Below are positions 26,305 through 35,707 of a stretch of DNA of 40,936 bases, in pieces (within the stretch, counting starts at the first letter, position 1; every line of letters starts with the position of its first letter). The stretch lies in IMG/VR virus record IMGVR_UViG_3300020045_007838, positions 1-40,936 of that record, one strand, 5' to 3'. The position numbers and the translations under genes are program-made. Source of the stretch: a virus (Duplodnaviria; Caudoviricetes). The notes beneath the pieces are model-generated. The model saw nothing but the letters and a program-made list of their open reading frames with translations. It did no database searches and had not been told where the DNA came from.

Positions 26305-27272
26305 AATTAATCTTTTTACTTATCTGTATTATCAGTTTCCATAAAGCCTTCGCTCAACAGACTTACTCTAAGCTGAATGTAAACTTGCTGGGTCTTCCTA
26401 ATGAATCTACAGAAAAGGTTTTGTACACTGACGCATCAGGAAAGGTTCGATCTTCGGCCGTAAGCAAAACGACTTTAGATTATCTCGATGTCACTAGCTC
26501 GATTCAGGATCAATTAGATTTAAATGCAGTGAATATTCAGACCGTTTCGGATGATCTTGCGGCCCTTGATGGAGTAACGGTAAAAACTTCGGGCGCTCAA
26601 TCAATCGCAGATATAAAAACATTCACCTCCTCGCCAATTATCCCGACCGCCACGGCATTAAGTAATGATACGAAAGCAGCATCAACGGCGTACACTGACG
26701 GGGCCATCACAACCCATGATGCGACAAACGTACACCTAACAGGGAACGAATCGATAGCTGGTACTAAAACTTTTACTGGAAAATTTGTAGCATCATCAAC
26801 AACCAACGCTTTCAAGCCATGTCCTTTAATGAATTCGACACAAAGAGATGCGCTAACACCAACACAGTCTGACTGTGTTTACAATACAACCACGGACGCA
26901 GTCGAGTTTAGGAACGGTGCGAGCGCATGGGCGAGCACCTCTGTACCAACAACAGTAGTTAAGGTTACGGGCGTTACTAATCCGATTTGGTTCGGGGCAG
27001 CCATGTCTAGCGCAGGATCTATCACTGGAAATTTTGGAGGATCAATCATTACGGCCGGATCATGCAGCTCTGGTTCTCATTCGGCAACATTTACCGGACT
27101 TCCAAGCGCGCCTCAAGTATGCGTCGTTCAAATCACCTCTGCAGTTGCAAATATTTTTGCAGTTCAGGGCCTAGCATGGACATCGACCACTCTTACTTTT
27201 ACGATAAGAAACGACGGGGGCGCTGGAACATGCAGAAACGTACACATCGCTTGCCTAGCGGCTTCACCATGA
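26301..27272 (+). CDS. Tail-fibre-like protein with apparent N-terminal signal peptide
   Basis: Fibre repeats (QSIADIKTFTSSP, ASTAY, ESIAGTKTFTG, P.M...QRDAL); MKLIFLLICIISFHKAFA|QQ. Confidence 0.65.
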   Translation: MKLIFLLICIISFHKAFAQQTYSKLNVNLLGLPNESTEKVLYTDASGKVRSSAVSKTTLDYLDVTSSIQDQLDLNAVNIQTVSDDLAALDGVTVKTSGAQSIADIKTFTSSPIIPTATALSNDTKAASTAYTDGAITTHDATNVHLTGNESIAGTKTFTGKFVASSTTNAFKPCPLMNSTQRDALTPTQSDCVYNTTTDAVEFRNGASAWASTSVPTTVVKVTGVTNPIWFGAAMSSAGSITGNFGGSIITAGSCSSGSHSATFTGLPSAPQVCVVQITSAVANIFAVQGLAWTSTTLTFTIRNDGGAGTCRNVHIACLAASP

Positions 27273-27430
27273 GAAACGAGCAAGAGTGGCGGGCCCATCT
27301 ATTGTCCGAACTAAGAGAGATCAAGGAAGATGTTAAAGATATCCAAAAAGAAATGACAACACTGAAATTGAAAGTTGCCGGAATTGCCTCGGCCATCGCG
27401 AGCGTTTTAACCCTTATTTTTAAGGCATAA
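27269..27430 (+). CDS. Small coiled-coil protein with C-terminal TM
   Basis: ATGA-coupled; ELREIKEDVKDIQKE then GIASAIASVLTLIF. Confidence 0.6.
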   Translation: MRNEQEWRAHLLSELREIKEDVKDIQKEMTTLKLKVAGIASAIASVLTLIFKA

Positions 27431-29974
27431 ATGACCTTCGAAGAAGAATCGCTAAAACCACGAAGCGAAAAAATCACCCTCGTTACATTAGAGGCCGATG
27501 CTATCGCTAAGGTTTTCGAGCTTCATGGGTCTGGAGTTTATAAAAGAACAGTTCCTTTATTTGTTTCAGAGGTAAGATCAGACGGAGTTAAATTAACCCA
27601 AGACGCATCAATACCAACGCTCAATAATCATTTTTTTTACGACCACCAAGCAGGATTGCTTTATTTAAAAACCGATGGCGCGAATCCTGTAAGTAAAAAT
27701 ATTTCTATACGGCACAAGTTTTTCTTTTCTACAGCATCAATCAATCTACCCCACGATCTAGGAAGTGGTTACGATGTCGAATGGCAAGGAAGAATCGACT
27801 CAATCGGAAATCTCGGACAAAGATTAGACGATGAAAGTACAGGAATTGTCCTAGAGTCAGACTCGTCAGTTTCGATTATTAATAACGATAACTACATGGG
27901 AGAGTATTTCGATACTCTTTTATGGGAAAATAAGCCTGCAAAATTCCACATGTGGTTTCCGACCACGCCAATATCTGAAGCTCGTCAAGTATTCGATGGA
28001 TTAATTGAGTCTAAGGATTTTGGCGACACGGTTACGTTCAGAATTAAAGATTTCGTTTTTCGCCTTAACAGCGACATCGTCTGCCCAAGATTTTCAGCGT
28101 CTGATGCTGAAGGACTAGGGTCAGTACCAGAGTCATTCATCGAAAAACCAAAACGAAGAATTTACGGAAAGGTTGATGGTCTAAGATGTATTCCACTTGA
28201 CGCTATCGGGGAAGGATATTTGATCGATGGGACCGCCTCCATTTCTCAAGGTTCAAATATTGTAACTTTTTCGGATGTTGTATTTGAAAAAATGTTCAGA
28301 GGTGACGAGTTCACACTTTACCTTAACAATGAAGAGTACAAGTTCTCGATAGAGGAATTTACTGGTGCGTACACCGCAGAAATCAATAAAGAATCCAGCG
28401 AGACAATTACAGACTCCCCCGTATTTTTAATTCCTTCCTATCCCAGACGAGAAGTTAATAGAAGATTTAATGTTTCCGGCCATAAATGTTACGATATTCT
28501 TGAGCCTATCACTACAGTAGTCTCGTCGAACAGGTTCATGGTTTCTAATCCGGATAATTTTTCACAAGGCGACACTTTACTGATTAATTCAGTCAAGACA
28601 AGCGTTTTAAGAGTTAGCGGGAATACCGTTGTAACAACATCCTCAATCTCTCCTGTCCCAAATGTTGGCGACATTATTTTCCGTCCATCCATTCAGAAAC
28701 TGCACTACGGTTCGAGAGAATTAGTTTTTCAAAGAGACTGGACATACGACAACGAGATCGATAATTGCGACGTGATTATTGACGAAGATGCTGAGTTTAA
28801 TGTGACCGAGGAAAACTTGGCCGGAATAAATTTCACTTTCACAAACGGAAGCTTTAACGTAACAACGGCCTCGGTTACTGATCTTAAAACCATACTAAGG
28901 GCCGGTGACTGGATCAAGAAAAACACCATAACTTCAGGCGAAGGTGACTGGTATCGGATACTTGATGTTAGAGAGCAACTGATTATTATAAGCGTTGAAT
29001 ATGCCGGAACAACCGCGACGACATCACTGCTTTACAGAGCAGTAAAGCATATTTCAGACGAAGACATTATCACCGTCACGGCATACGGTTACGATGATGG
29101 CACAAGATGGATTAAGACCGCTGCTCAGGCCGCTCGTCATCTAGTGATGAATGATGCAGGATTCGCGACAGTTAACGAAGCCTCGTTTACCCAAGCGGAT
29201 GCTGACTGCGATTATACATTGTCTCTAGCTGTGCCAGAATATGAGGGGGTAATTCCCAAAATTAAGGATGTACTTACCAAAATTAATGAATCGGTTTTCG
29301 GTTCGCTTTATGGAAACTCATCGTCATCAGTAAGTTACTCAATCCTTAACTCGACTAAGCCGCTCGATTATTACGACCTAAGAGATGATGACATTATTTC
29401 ATGGAGTGCTGATACCATTACAGAAATTTATAACAGAATCATAGTAAGGTACGCGCCATTTACCTCTAAAATAGAGGGTGAAAACTCCCTAAAGGTCACA
29501 GAGTACAATTCTGGATTCGTGGACAATTACACCCAGATCGTAAACACGCTAGACAAAACAGTCTACCTTTACGACGAAGAGGCCGCGCAAACTATCGCGC
29601 AAAGGCTTGCACTTTTTAAATCAATGCCGAGCACCAAGCTAACCATTAAATCAAAGATGAATCTCTATCTTGCCGAGGTTAACGAAAAAGTAGGGGTGAG
29701 TTTCGACAAGTTATTTAAAAGGTTTTCAGGCGGCGACAAGCTACGCCTTGGAATTGTCACAGGAGTTAAAAGACTCGCGACAGAATCAGAGATCGTCGTA
29801 AATGACCTAGGAGGGATTTTTAATCGTGTCCCATCCATATCAGAGGACGGGGCTAATGATTACTCAACATCAACCGATTCTGAGCGCCTTAGATGGGGGT
29901 ACGTTGTGGATAACGATACATTGACACCGAATCCATTAACAGAAGACAATCTAGGAAGCAACATCATAGGTTAA
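27431..29974 (+). CDS. Large tail tip/baseplate hub protein
   Basis: 847 aa beta-rich; PKRRIYG motif; position in tail module. Confidence 0.65.
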   Translation: MTFEEESLKPRSEKITLVTLEADAIAKVFELHGSGVYKRTVPLFVSEVRSDGVKLTQDASIPTLNNHFFYDHQAGLLYLKTDGANPVSKNISIRHKFFFSTASINLPHDLGSGYDVEWQGRIDSIGNLGQRLDDESTGIVLESDSSVSIINNDNYMGEYFDTLLWENKPAKFHMWFPTTPISEARQVFDGLIESKDFGDTVTFRIKDFVFRLNSDIVCPRFSASDAEGLGSVPESFIEKPKRRIYGKVDGLRCIPLDAIGEGYLIDGTASISQGSNIVTFSDVVFEKMFRGDEFTLYLNNEEYKFSIEEFTGAYTAEINKESSETITDSPVFLIPSYPRREVNRRFNVSGHKCYDILEPITTVVSSNRFMVSNPDNFSQGDTLLINSVKTSVLRVSGNTVVTTSSISPVPNVGDIIFRPSIQKLHYGSRELVFQRDWTYDNEIDNCDVIIDEDAEFNVTEENLAGINFTFTNGSFNVTTASVTDLKTILRAGDWIKKNTITSGEGDWYRILDVREQLIIISVEYAGTTATTSLLYRAVKHISDEDIITVTAYGYDDGTRWIKTAAQAARHLVMNDAGFATVNEASFTQADADCDYTLSLAVPEYEGVIPKIKDVLTKINESVFGSLYGNSSSSVSYSILNSTKPLDYYDLRDDDIISWSADTITEIYNRIIVRYAPFTSKIEGENSLKVTEYNSGFVDNYTQIVNTLDKTVYLYDEEAAQTIAQRLALFKSMPSTKLTIKSKMNLYLAEVNEKVGVSFDKLFKRFSGGDKLRLGIVTGVKRLATESEIVVNDLGGIFNRVPSISEDGANDYSTSTDSERLRWGYVVDNDTLTPNPLTEDNLGSNIIG

Positions 29975-29976
29975 TT

Positions 29977-30492
29977 ATGGCATTTAGCACAATTTTAGAC
30001 GCAGCAATATCAGTCGGGAGCGCGATCAAGCGTGAACTATGGCTGAAGGTTAAAAACAATCTTGATGATCTCGATACGCGCTTAAATAACGTAGAAGTCG
30101 CAGCAAATAGAAAGCAAGTCTGGGAGTTTACGATTCTAAATGGATCCTCATTCTCGACGGCAACAGGGCTCACATACTATGAAGCAACCCAAGGTTTCAC
30201 GATCACATCGGCCTTTGTGCGAATTTTTGAAGTCGGAACGATTACAGGATTTCTTGAGATTGACATTCTTAGATCGACAACCGATTTGGACTCATCTTCA
30301 TTTACGAGCATCTTCACAACAAAGCCCAAGATCGATTTTTCGACTGCGGCCGATTATGAGGCAACAGTAAACCAAGTTTTCGACGTTACAAAAACGAATA
30401 TTTCTGTAGGCGACTTTTTACGCCTAGACATAACAATAACGCCAACCAGCGGAGTCTTAAGTAGATTCATGCTAAATGTGTATGGAGAATAA
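29977..30492 (+). CDS. Tail-associated protein
   Basis: N-terminal helix plus beta-sandwich (SIFTTKP.I, GDFLRLDI). Confidence 0.6.
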   Translation: MAFSTILDAAISVGSAIKRELWLKVKNNLDDLDTRLNNVEVAANRKQVWEFTILNGSSFSTATGLTYYEATQGFTITSAFVRIFEVGTITGFLEIDILRSTTDLDSSSFTSIFTTKPKIDFSTAADYEATVNQVFDVTKTNISVGDFLRLDITITPTSGVLSRFMLNVYGE

Positions 30493-30879
30493 ATGTCTGC
30501 ACCGTTCATTATCCCTTTTAATTTTCAACCCGAAACGGTGGAGGTTAAAACTGCATCTTACCCTATCCCCGCGGGAAAATACGCCTACGTTGTTGCAAAC
30601 GTAGAGGGCACTGGAACTTTCACGATTGGCGGGACTACGGCACTTAGAGGAACTTCGAACACTGTCCTGTCAGGCTCTGTTCTTGATTACAATACGGACA
30701 CGGGCGCAAATCAGCTTATCGTTACTAGTGGAGCATCTTTAGCACCTGATGGAAATGCTTTCTCTTCTTCAACTCACGGAACTACCGTTGCGGTCGGATA
30801 CTGGTTGCCATCGGGTACGACGATAGCAGGGACAGGAACGTGGCGAGCAGTCGTATCACTTTATTCAAATATTCAATAG
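30493..30879 (+). CDS. Tail-associated protein
   Basis: YPIPAGKYA, WLPSGTTI motifs; GGAG RBS. Confidence 0.6.
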   Translation: MSAPFIIPFNFQPETVEVKTASYPIPAGKYAYVVANVEGTGTFTIGGTTALRGTSNTVLSGSVLDYNTDTGANQLIVTSGASLAPDGNAFSSSTHGTTVAVGYWLPSGTTIAGTGTWRAVVSLYSNIQ

Positions 30880-30888
30880 GAGAATCTA

Positions 30889-31017
30889 ATGGCTTTATTT
30901 TTCGTTATCGCTCTCGCCCTCAATATGGTTCAGGTCAACAAGGACGCTGCTCGATGCAAGAAAGACTTTAACCAGTCTGGATGTTCGATCTATAAAAATC
31001 TAGGCATGAATAAATGA
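30889..31017 (+). CDS. 42-aa peptide with hydrophobic N-terminus (not in ORF track)
   Basis: MALFFVIALALNMVQVNKDAARCKKDFNQSGCSIYKNLGMNK; AGGAG RBS; coupled to endolysin. Confidence 0.6.
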   Translation: MALFFVIALALNMVQVNKDAARCKKDFNQSGCSIYKNLGMNK

Positions 31018-31409
31018 TCGTTCCGCTCCACACCGAATTTAAGCACCCTGATCTTTTAAAAGAGTATCAGAGTCTTAGGGCCCGCGCACAACTTGTCTCT
31101 GAAGACATGGCGAAATATTGCTCGTCCCACGGGATGGATTACGTTATCACCGACATCATGTCAGACTCATTAGAGGACGAGAAACTCAAAAGAGTTTCAA
31201 AGTCGCACTCTGAAGGCAGGGCGTGGGACGTAAGAACTTTAAACTGGCCTCAATGGTTCAGGGAAAAGTTTGAAAAGCACTTCGAGAAAGTTTACAAAGA
31301 CTGGGCCGCGGTTTCAGCATCTACTGGAGAGAAAAATTTAATCGTTTACCATAATTCAGGCTTTGGAGAGCATTTTCATTGTCAAATTATGGCATATAAG
31401 GAGTCTTAA
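31014..31409 (+). CDS. Endolysin, peptidase M15-like (DD-peptidase/Hedgehog fold)
   Basis: SHSEGRAWD (H-x6-D) and HFH zinc ligands. Confidence 0.7.
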   Translation: MIVPLHTEFKHPDLLKEYQSLRARAQLVSEDMAKYCSSHGMDYVITDIMSDSLEDEKLKRVSKSHSEGRAWDVRTLNWPQWFREKFEKHFEKVYKDWAAVSASTGEKNLIVYHNSGFGEHFHCQIMAYKES

Positions 31410-31410
31410 A

Positions 31411-31554
31411 ATGGACATTATCGTAGCAAACAAACTTGTATTTCTTGGCCTAGCACTAGCTATCAGCGAAGCACTTGCCCTCATCCCAGCAATCAAGTCA
31501 AACTCTATCTTTCAACTCGTCGTTAATCTCATCAAAAAAGTAGCTGGTAAGTAG
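31411..31554 (+). CDS. Holin-like small membrane protein
   Basis: AAGGAG RBS; LALAISEALALIPAIKSNSIFQ motif; follows endolysin. Confidence 0.6.
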   Translation: MDIIVANKLVFLGLALAISEALALIPAIKSNSIFQLVVNLIKKVAGK

Positions 31555-31778
31555 TGTTTACTACTCTCCTCGGTGTTCTTCATCAAGGTCTTGTGCTTTG
31601 GAATAGCATCGAGGGGAGAAAGTATCTTGACCGAGTAATTAGAATAAAAAAAGAATGGAACGAAGAATATGAAAAACCTTTGGACGTTCGCTCTGATCAG
31701 CGTCTTGATGATCTTGAATCCGAGCTGCGCATCATCGCAGAGTCGTTTATCGAAGCCTCTGGAGCTAAGAACTCTTAG
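31554..31778 (+). CDS. Putative i-spanin-like protein
   Basis: Hydrophobic N-terminus then charged helix; in lysis cassette. Confidence 0.4.
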   Translation: MFTTLLGVLHQGLVLWNSIEGRKYLDRVIRIKKEWNEEYEKPLDVRSDQRLDDLESELRIIAESFIEASGAKNS

Positions 31779-31956
31779 AATTGATCCGGCCCTCGATGGA
31801 TTCGTTTACTGTGGAAGAGTTTGCGACAAGACAGTGATTGGAATTTGTTTCTCTGGGTGGAAACAGGTTTGCGATCACTACAAGTTTTCAGACAAAGAAT
31901 CAATTAAGCTTTTAGAGTCAAAAGGCTTCGTATTAAAAATAAGAAAGATGCTTTAA
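31669..31956 (+). CDS. Lipoprotein, putative o-spanin, overlapping previous gene
   Basis: MKNLWTFALISVLMILNPS-C signal/lipobox; several Cys. Confidence 0.5.
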   Translation: MKNLWTFALISVLMILNPSCASSQSRLSKPLELRTLRIDPALDGFVYCGRVCDKTVIGICFSGWKQVCDHYKFSDKESIKLLESKGFVLKIRKML

Positions 31957-32069
31957 AGTCTCTTGATAATCTCAAGCAACAATTACTTCAGGCCGAAACT
32001 TCCGGCGACACGTCTCTGGCCAAAAAGATTCGGGCCATCATTGAACGAGTGAAATCAATCAAGAAATAG

Positions 32070-32270
32070 TTATTTAATTTCAAGAATATTTTCAGAAGAT
32101 TGCTTCGATGTCATGTGATACGAAAGGCAAAACTTACACTTATAGTAGTAGATTAAGTGTCCTTGACTTGCTTTAATGTCTACTATTTTTTCGGCTTCTT
32201 CTTTTGAACGACTTTTCTTTCTCAGGCAAGACATGAACATAATGTGTTTTATGTCTTCCGGTTTAATCAT
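32070..32270 (-). CDS. Small Zn-binding protein
   Basis: C.RK...S..EA, YKCKFCLSYHMTS motif. Confidence 0.7.
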   Translation of the reverse strand: MIKPEDIKHIMFMSCLRKKSRSKEEAEKIVDIKASQGHLIYYYKCKFCLSYHMTSKQSSENILEIK

Positions 32271-32668
32271 AAAAATTCAAAAATTACATTAGTTCGGTCG
32301 TGGTCAAGAGATGTTTGCTTACTTAAAACAAGCTCAGTAATATTTGAATCATCAAAACCCAAAACGCTACAAACTGAATCCAGAAGAATTTTTTGCATGT
32401 TATCCAAGTCATGCTTTCGCTGCTTAATGGAGCCGTCTTTGTTGTAGAAGTTTTTTGAATAGTAAGAGATCGTAGCCTTAACACCGTTTCTTGTGAGATC
32501 ATATCCGGCCCCTTTTGTTTGAGCGCGTGTCAGTATTTCAATGTCTCGCTGCATCACAGAAACATTACTAGGCTTGTACGTTCGCCCGTTTCCTTGCTTC
32601 CATATCGAGTTAACCGAGATCGGGATAAATGGGAACTGGAGGTACACTTGTTTACTAATAGCTTTCAT
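32267..32668 (-). CDS. rusA: RusA-family Holliday junction resolvase
   Basis: PISVN, DLDNMQKILLD, DDSNI motifs. Confidence 0.85.
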   Translation of the reverse strand: MKAISKQVYLQFPFIPISVNSIWKQGNGRTYKPSNVSVMQRDIEILTRAQTKGAGYDLTRNGVKATISYYSKNFYNKDGSIKQRKHDLDNMQKILLDSVCSVLGFDDSNITELVLSKQTSLDHDRTNVIFEFL

Positions 32669-32705
32669 TAGACAATCGTAAGAGAGTCTTTATGAAAGGG
32701 CAATA

Positions 32706-33407
32706 ATGAATCAGCGCGTACTAGTCATTTCAGATTTACACGCACCGTTTTATCATCAAGACACCGTTCCATTTTTAAAAGCAGTCAAGAAAAAATTCAA
32801 GCCAGACAGGGTCATTTTAACAGGCGACGAGGCGGATCTACATGCGATTTCTTTTCATGATTCTGATCCTGATTTATTTTCTGCGAGCGCTGAACTCGAA
32901 AAAGCGATAGATCACCTTCGGCCGATTTATAAACTATTCCCTAAGGCCGATATTCTGGAGTCTAATCACGGCTCCCTCGTCTATCGAAAAGGGAAACATC
33001 ACGGCCTGCCTAGAAGCGTTTTTAAGTCGTACAGAGAGATCTTAGAGGCCCCTAAAGGATGGCGCTGGCACATGGAACTCACCATCACGCTTTCGGATAA
33101 AAGAAAATGCTATTTCACACACGGCAAATCAGCGAACGGTCTAAAGCTTTCCCAAGCGATGGGAATGTCTGTTGTGCAAGGTCACCATCATAGCGTTTTT
33201 GATATTCAATATTGGGCAAATCCCAATGATCTGTACTGGTCCATGGTTGTCGGATGCATGATCGATGACAACTCTCTGGCGTTTGCTTACAACAAATCGA
33301 CATTTAAGCGGCCATTAATCGGATGCGGTATAATTCTACATGGCCGGCCTCGTTTGCTTCCGATGATTTTAAACAAACATGGACGATGGATAGGTAAAAT
33401 TCTATGA
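32706..33407 (+). CDS. Calcineurin-like metallophosphoesterase
   Basis: SDLH, GDEAD, SNH, THG, GHHHS motifs. Confidence 0.88.
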   Translation: MNQRVLVISDLHAPFYHQDTVPFLKAVKKKFKPDRVILTGDEADLHAISFHDSDPDLFSASAELEKAIDHLRPIYKLFPKADILESNHGSLVYRKGKHHGLPRSVFKSYREILEAPKGWRWHMELTITLSDKRKCYFTHGKSANGLKLSQAMGMSVVQGHHHSVFDIQYWANPNDLYWSMVVGCMIDDNSLAFAYNKSTFKRPLIGCGIILHGRPRLLPMILNKHGRWIGKIL

Positions 33408-33709
33408 GAATAAAAAAATTTGAACTTGGACCACACACTGTAAAAGTTAGATACAAAAAAAATGTTCCCCACCCCGACGGGTCAGGTGCGCATTGTTTTG
33501 GAACCTACAACAGCGCCATGAATGAAATTATTGTAGCAACTCACCTTAGAGATCAACAATTGCCTGACGATGTTATCTTTCACAGTCTTTGTCACGAGCT
33601 ATCTCACGCAATAATGACATCAATGGGCCATACTGAATTAAACTTGGATGAGTCTTTTATTGATCTTCTCGGTGGCTTCATTGCACAGTTTATCAAAACT
33701 AAAAAATGA
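33404..33709 (+). CDS. Small HExxH metallopeptidase-like protein
   Basis: LCHELSHA plus downstream DESF; ATGA-coupled. Confidence 0.7.
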   Translation: MRIKKFELGPHTVKVRYKKNVPHPDGSGAHCFGTYNSAMNEIIVATHLRDQQLPDDVIFHSLCHELSHAIMTSMGHTELNLDESFIDLLGGFIAQFIKTKK

Positions 33710-33730
33710 AGATATTAAATAACTTATCGA

Positions 33731-33877
33731 CTATTTTCGATTTACTCGAAAGCAATCCCCAGAGATAAATAGAGAATGGTTTACCTCTTCACACGCTCGG
33801 AGAGTTTTAAACGTCTGCGAGTGAACCATTGGACTGCATGACATTTTGGCACAAATAGTAAAAACGATGATAAACAT
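33731..33877 (-). CDS. 48-aa Cys-containing peptide (not in ORF track)
   Basis: MFIIVFTICAKMSCSPMVHSQTFKTLRACEEVNHSLFISGDCFRVNRK; GAGG RBS. Confidence 0.55.
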   Translation of the reverse strand: MFIIVFTICAKMSCSPMVHSQTFKTLRACEEVNHSLFISGDCFRVNRK

Positions 33878-33926
33878 AAAGCCTCTTTTTCAGAGAGATT
33901 AAATTATCACCAACAAAATTACAAGA

Positions 33927-34139
33927 TTATTCTTCTAGCGTTTTTGGATGCCATTCACTAGGTGCGATTACTGGACTGTAGCGTCTTATTTTAGGGGTCA
34001 TTTGATTGTGAAGTCTTACGTTTAATAGGTATGTCTGAAGAATAGATTTTGTAAAAAGAGAGCGAGGATTAATCATTTTTTGCTTTAGAAATTCTTTTTC
34101 AAGCTCAATGATCCGATCCATTATTGCTTCTGCATTCAT
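33927..34139 (-). CDS. Hypothetical protein
   Basis: 70-aa ORF, AAGGGG RBS. Confidence 0.6.
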   Translation of the reverse strand: MNAEAIMDRIIELEKEFLKQKMINPRSLFTKSILQTYLLNVRLHNQMTPKIRRYSPVIAPSEWHPKTLEE

Positions 34140-34271
34140 TCTGCCCCCTTAAGTTTCCTTTATGGTTTCAGAACGAATGAAGGTATGCAACAAAAATGTT
34201 AAGCTTTCTAGTCTTTCATCATACACAAATCGACTATACCCGATTATTTTTGACTGATTCTATTTAATATA

Positions 34272-35030
34272 TTAGATGGCCGGATCGAGCGCGCTTAGAT
34301 AAATACCCATAGAAGAAATTAGCTCTGTTTCCCATTCTTTTTTAGGCGTAGTTCTCTTAATAAGAATTTCTCTGTATTCTGCCATTTCTTCTGGGTCTAT
34401 GTCCTTAAGTTGCTTGTCTCTGAATTTTGCAGTTTGAACTCGATAGTCAGGAGATCCAAGCACTTTTTCATTTTCAGGGATCGGAAAATCTTGTTCGGCC
34501 ATGGATTTAAATTCATTATTACTTACGATTGGCGGGAGATCCTGCATTTCTTCTGTGGAGTATGCACCATTTAAAAGATCAGGCCATAAAGTGCGAATAA
34601 CGTCTGACACCGCACGAGCTTTCATCATTGTCATAGGTTGTTTCCGATAATTTTCCTTAGTGTCAAGGCCGAGCATCTCAACGCGCTTCCAGTTCCACTC
34701 AGAAAGATATTTGTTATCACCTCTTTTGCCAGTGACTTTAACAATTCTTTTTTCTTGGTCTATGTCGTACTCGATGACTGCTTTCGGGTCTTTTGCCATT
34801 ACAAGTGAAATCATCGTCTGGACCTTTAAAGCAACCTGTCCTTGAATCACACAGATTGCATTAAGTGCCATGATCGGAGCTAGACCAAGTTCTGCACCGT
34901 AAAGCACCGTTACATAAACGTCTTCTGGTTTATTTCTAAAAACCATAGGGATCATTTGAGATTTTGAAATCTTTACAGCAAAATCCCATGCGTTTAATTG
35001 AGCGTCTTTAGACAAAATCATATCGTTCAT
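34272..35030 (-). CDS. Single-strand annealing recombinase (RecT/Redbeta-like)
   Basis: KPED, GAELGLAP..AL..I.VIQG, Y..QP..M..ARA, GAYSTEEM motifs. Confidence 0.75.
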   Translation of the reverse strand: MNDMILSKDAQLNAWDFAVKISKSQMIPMVFRNKPEDVYVTVLYGAELGLAPIMALNAICVIQGQVALKVQTMISLVMAKDPKAVIEYDIDQEKRIVKVTGKRGDNKYLSEWNWKRVEMLGLDTKENYRKQPMTMMKARAVSDVIRTLWPDLLNGAYSTEEMQDLPPIVSNNEFKSMAEQDFPIPENEKVLGSPDYRVQTAKFRDKQLKDIDPEEMAEYREILIKRTTPKKEWETELISSMGIYLSALDPAI

Positions 35031-35041
35031 TTTAATCTCCC

Positions 35042-35293
35042 TTATTTATCACTTTCTGATTTTTCGCTTAAAAATAAGCACGCTGAGACTGATTGCTTAT
35101 TAAGTTTTTCTAGAATAAAAGCAAGCTGCATCTGATACCTGTATTCGTCACCGCAATTTATCCTGAGAGCTTCAAAAAATATATTTAAAAACGGACCCTG
35201 CTCTTCATTGGATGAAGCCGCTAGGCTTGCTGCAATAGCTTCAATATCAATTAACCCCTTAACCTCTAAGTAGCCAGCGTCTTTCTTTTTCAT
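35042..35293 (-). CDS. Hypothetical protein
   Basis: 83-aa ORF, AAGGA RBS. Confidence 0.65.
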   Translation of the reverse strand: MKKKDAGYLEVKGLIDIEAIAASLAASSNEEQGPFLNIFFEALRINCGDEYRYQMQLAFILEKLNKQSVSACLFLSEKSESDK

Positions 35294-35304
35294 TGTGGAT
35301 CCTT

Positions 35305-35529
35305 TTATCTATCGTATGGAAAATAATTTTCGCGTGCTTCATAGCATATATCGCTTGGATACAATGCTTGGCAATCTCTTTTTACACTATAGTACATACC
35401 CTGCAGCGGTCTAACTTTTCTACCATCAGAATAGCAAGCATCGAGCACCTGCTCTTGACTTAAGCAAGATGGCTCGCCTTGTTTTCCGCAGCTAAGCAAT
35501 GTTAGGAGTATTATTGCGAGATGCTTCAC
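35305..35529 (-). CDS. Small Cys-rich lipoprotein
   Basis: MKHLAIILLTLLS-C lipobox. Confidence 0.65.
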   Translation of the reverse strand: MKHLAIILLTLLSCGKQGEPSCLSQEQVLDACYSDGRKVRPLQGMYYSVKRDCQALYPSDICYEARENYFPYDR

Positions 35530-35707
35530 AAAACGCCCTTAGTATTTTCAGTTCCGATTTGAGGTCGATAAGCTTCTCTCTCAGTTTTGGATCTTTTACT
35601 TCGTTGCATATATCCATCATTTCTTTGTCGGTTGGGCAGTTCGCGAGGACGTTCTTAGAAAGGTATTCTAAGGATAGCCCCGTTAGCCCGTAGGAATTAA
35701 TTATCAT
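35492..35707 (-). CDS. Hypothetical protein (start reassigned to ATG 35707)
   Basis: MIINSYGLTG...; upstream part of track ORF overlaps a better gene in another frame. Confidence 0.55.
   Translation of the reverse strand: MIINSYGLTGLSLEYLSKNVLANCPTDKEMMDICNEVKDPKLREKLIDLKSELKILRAFCEASRNNTPNIA

Noticed and set aside
10460-30370. Numerous 60-170 aa antisense or alternate-frame ORFs within structural genes
   Set aside because: Fully nested in long, well-supported CDSs, with no RBS or motifs; expected shadow ORFs
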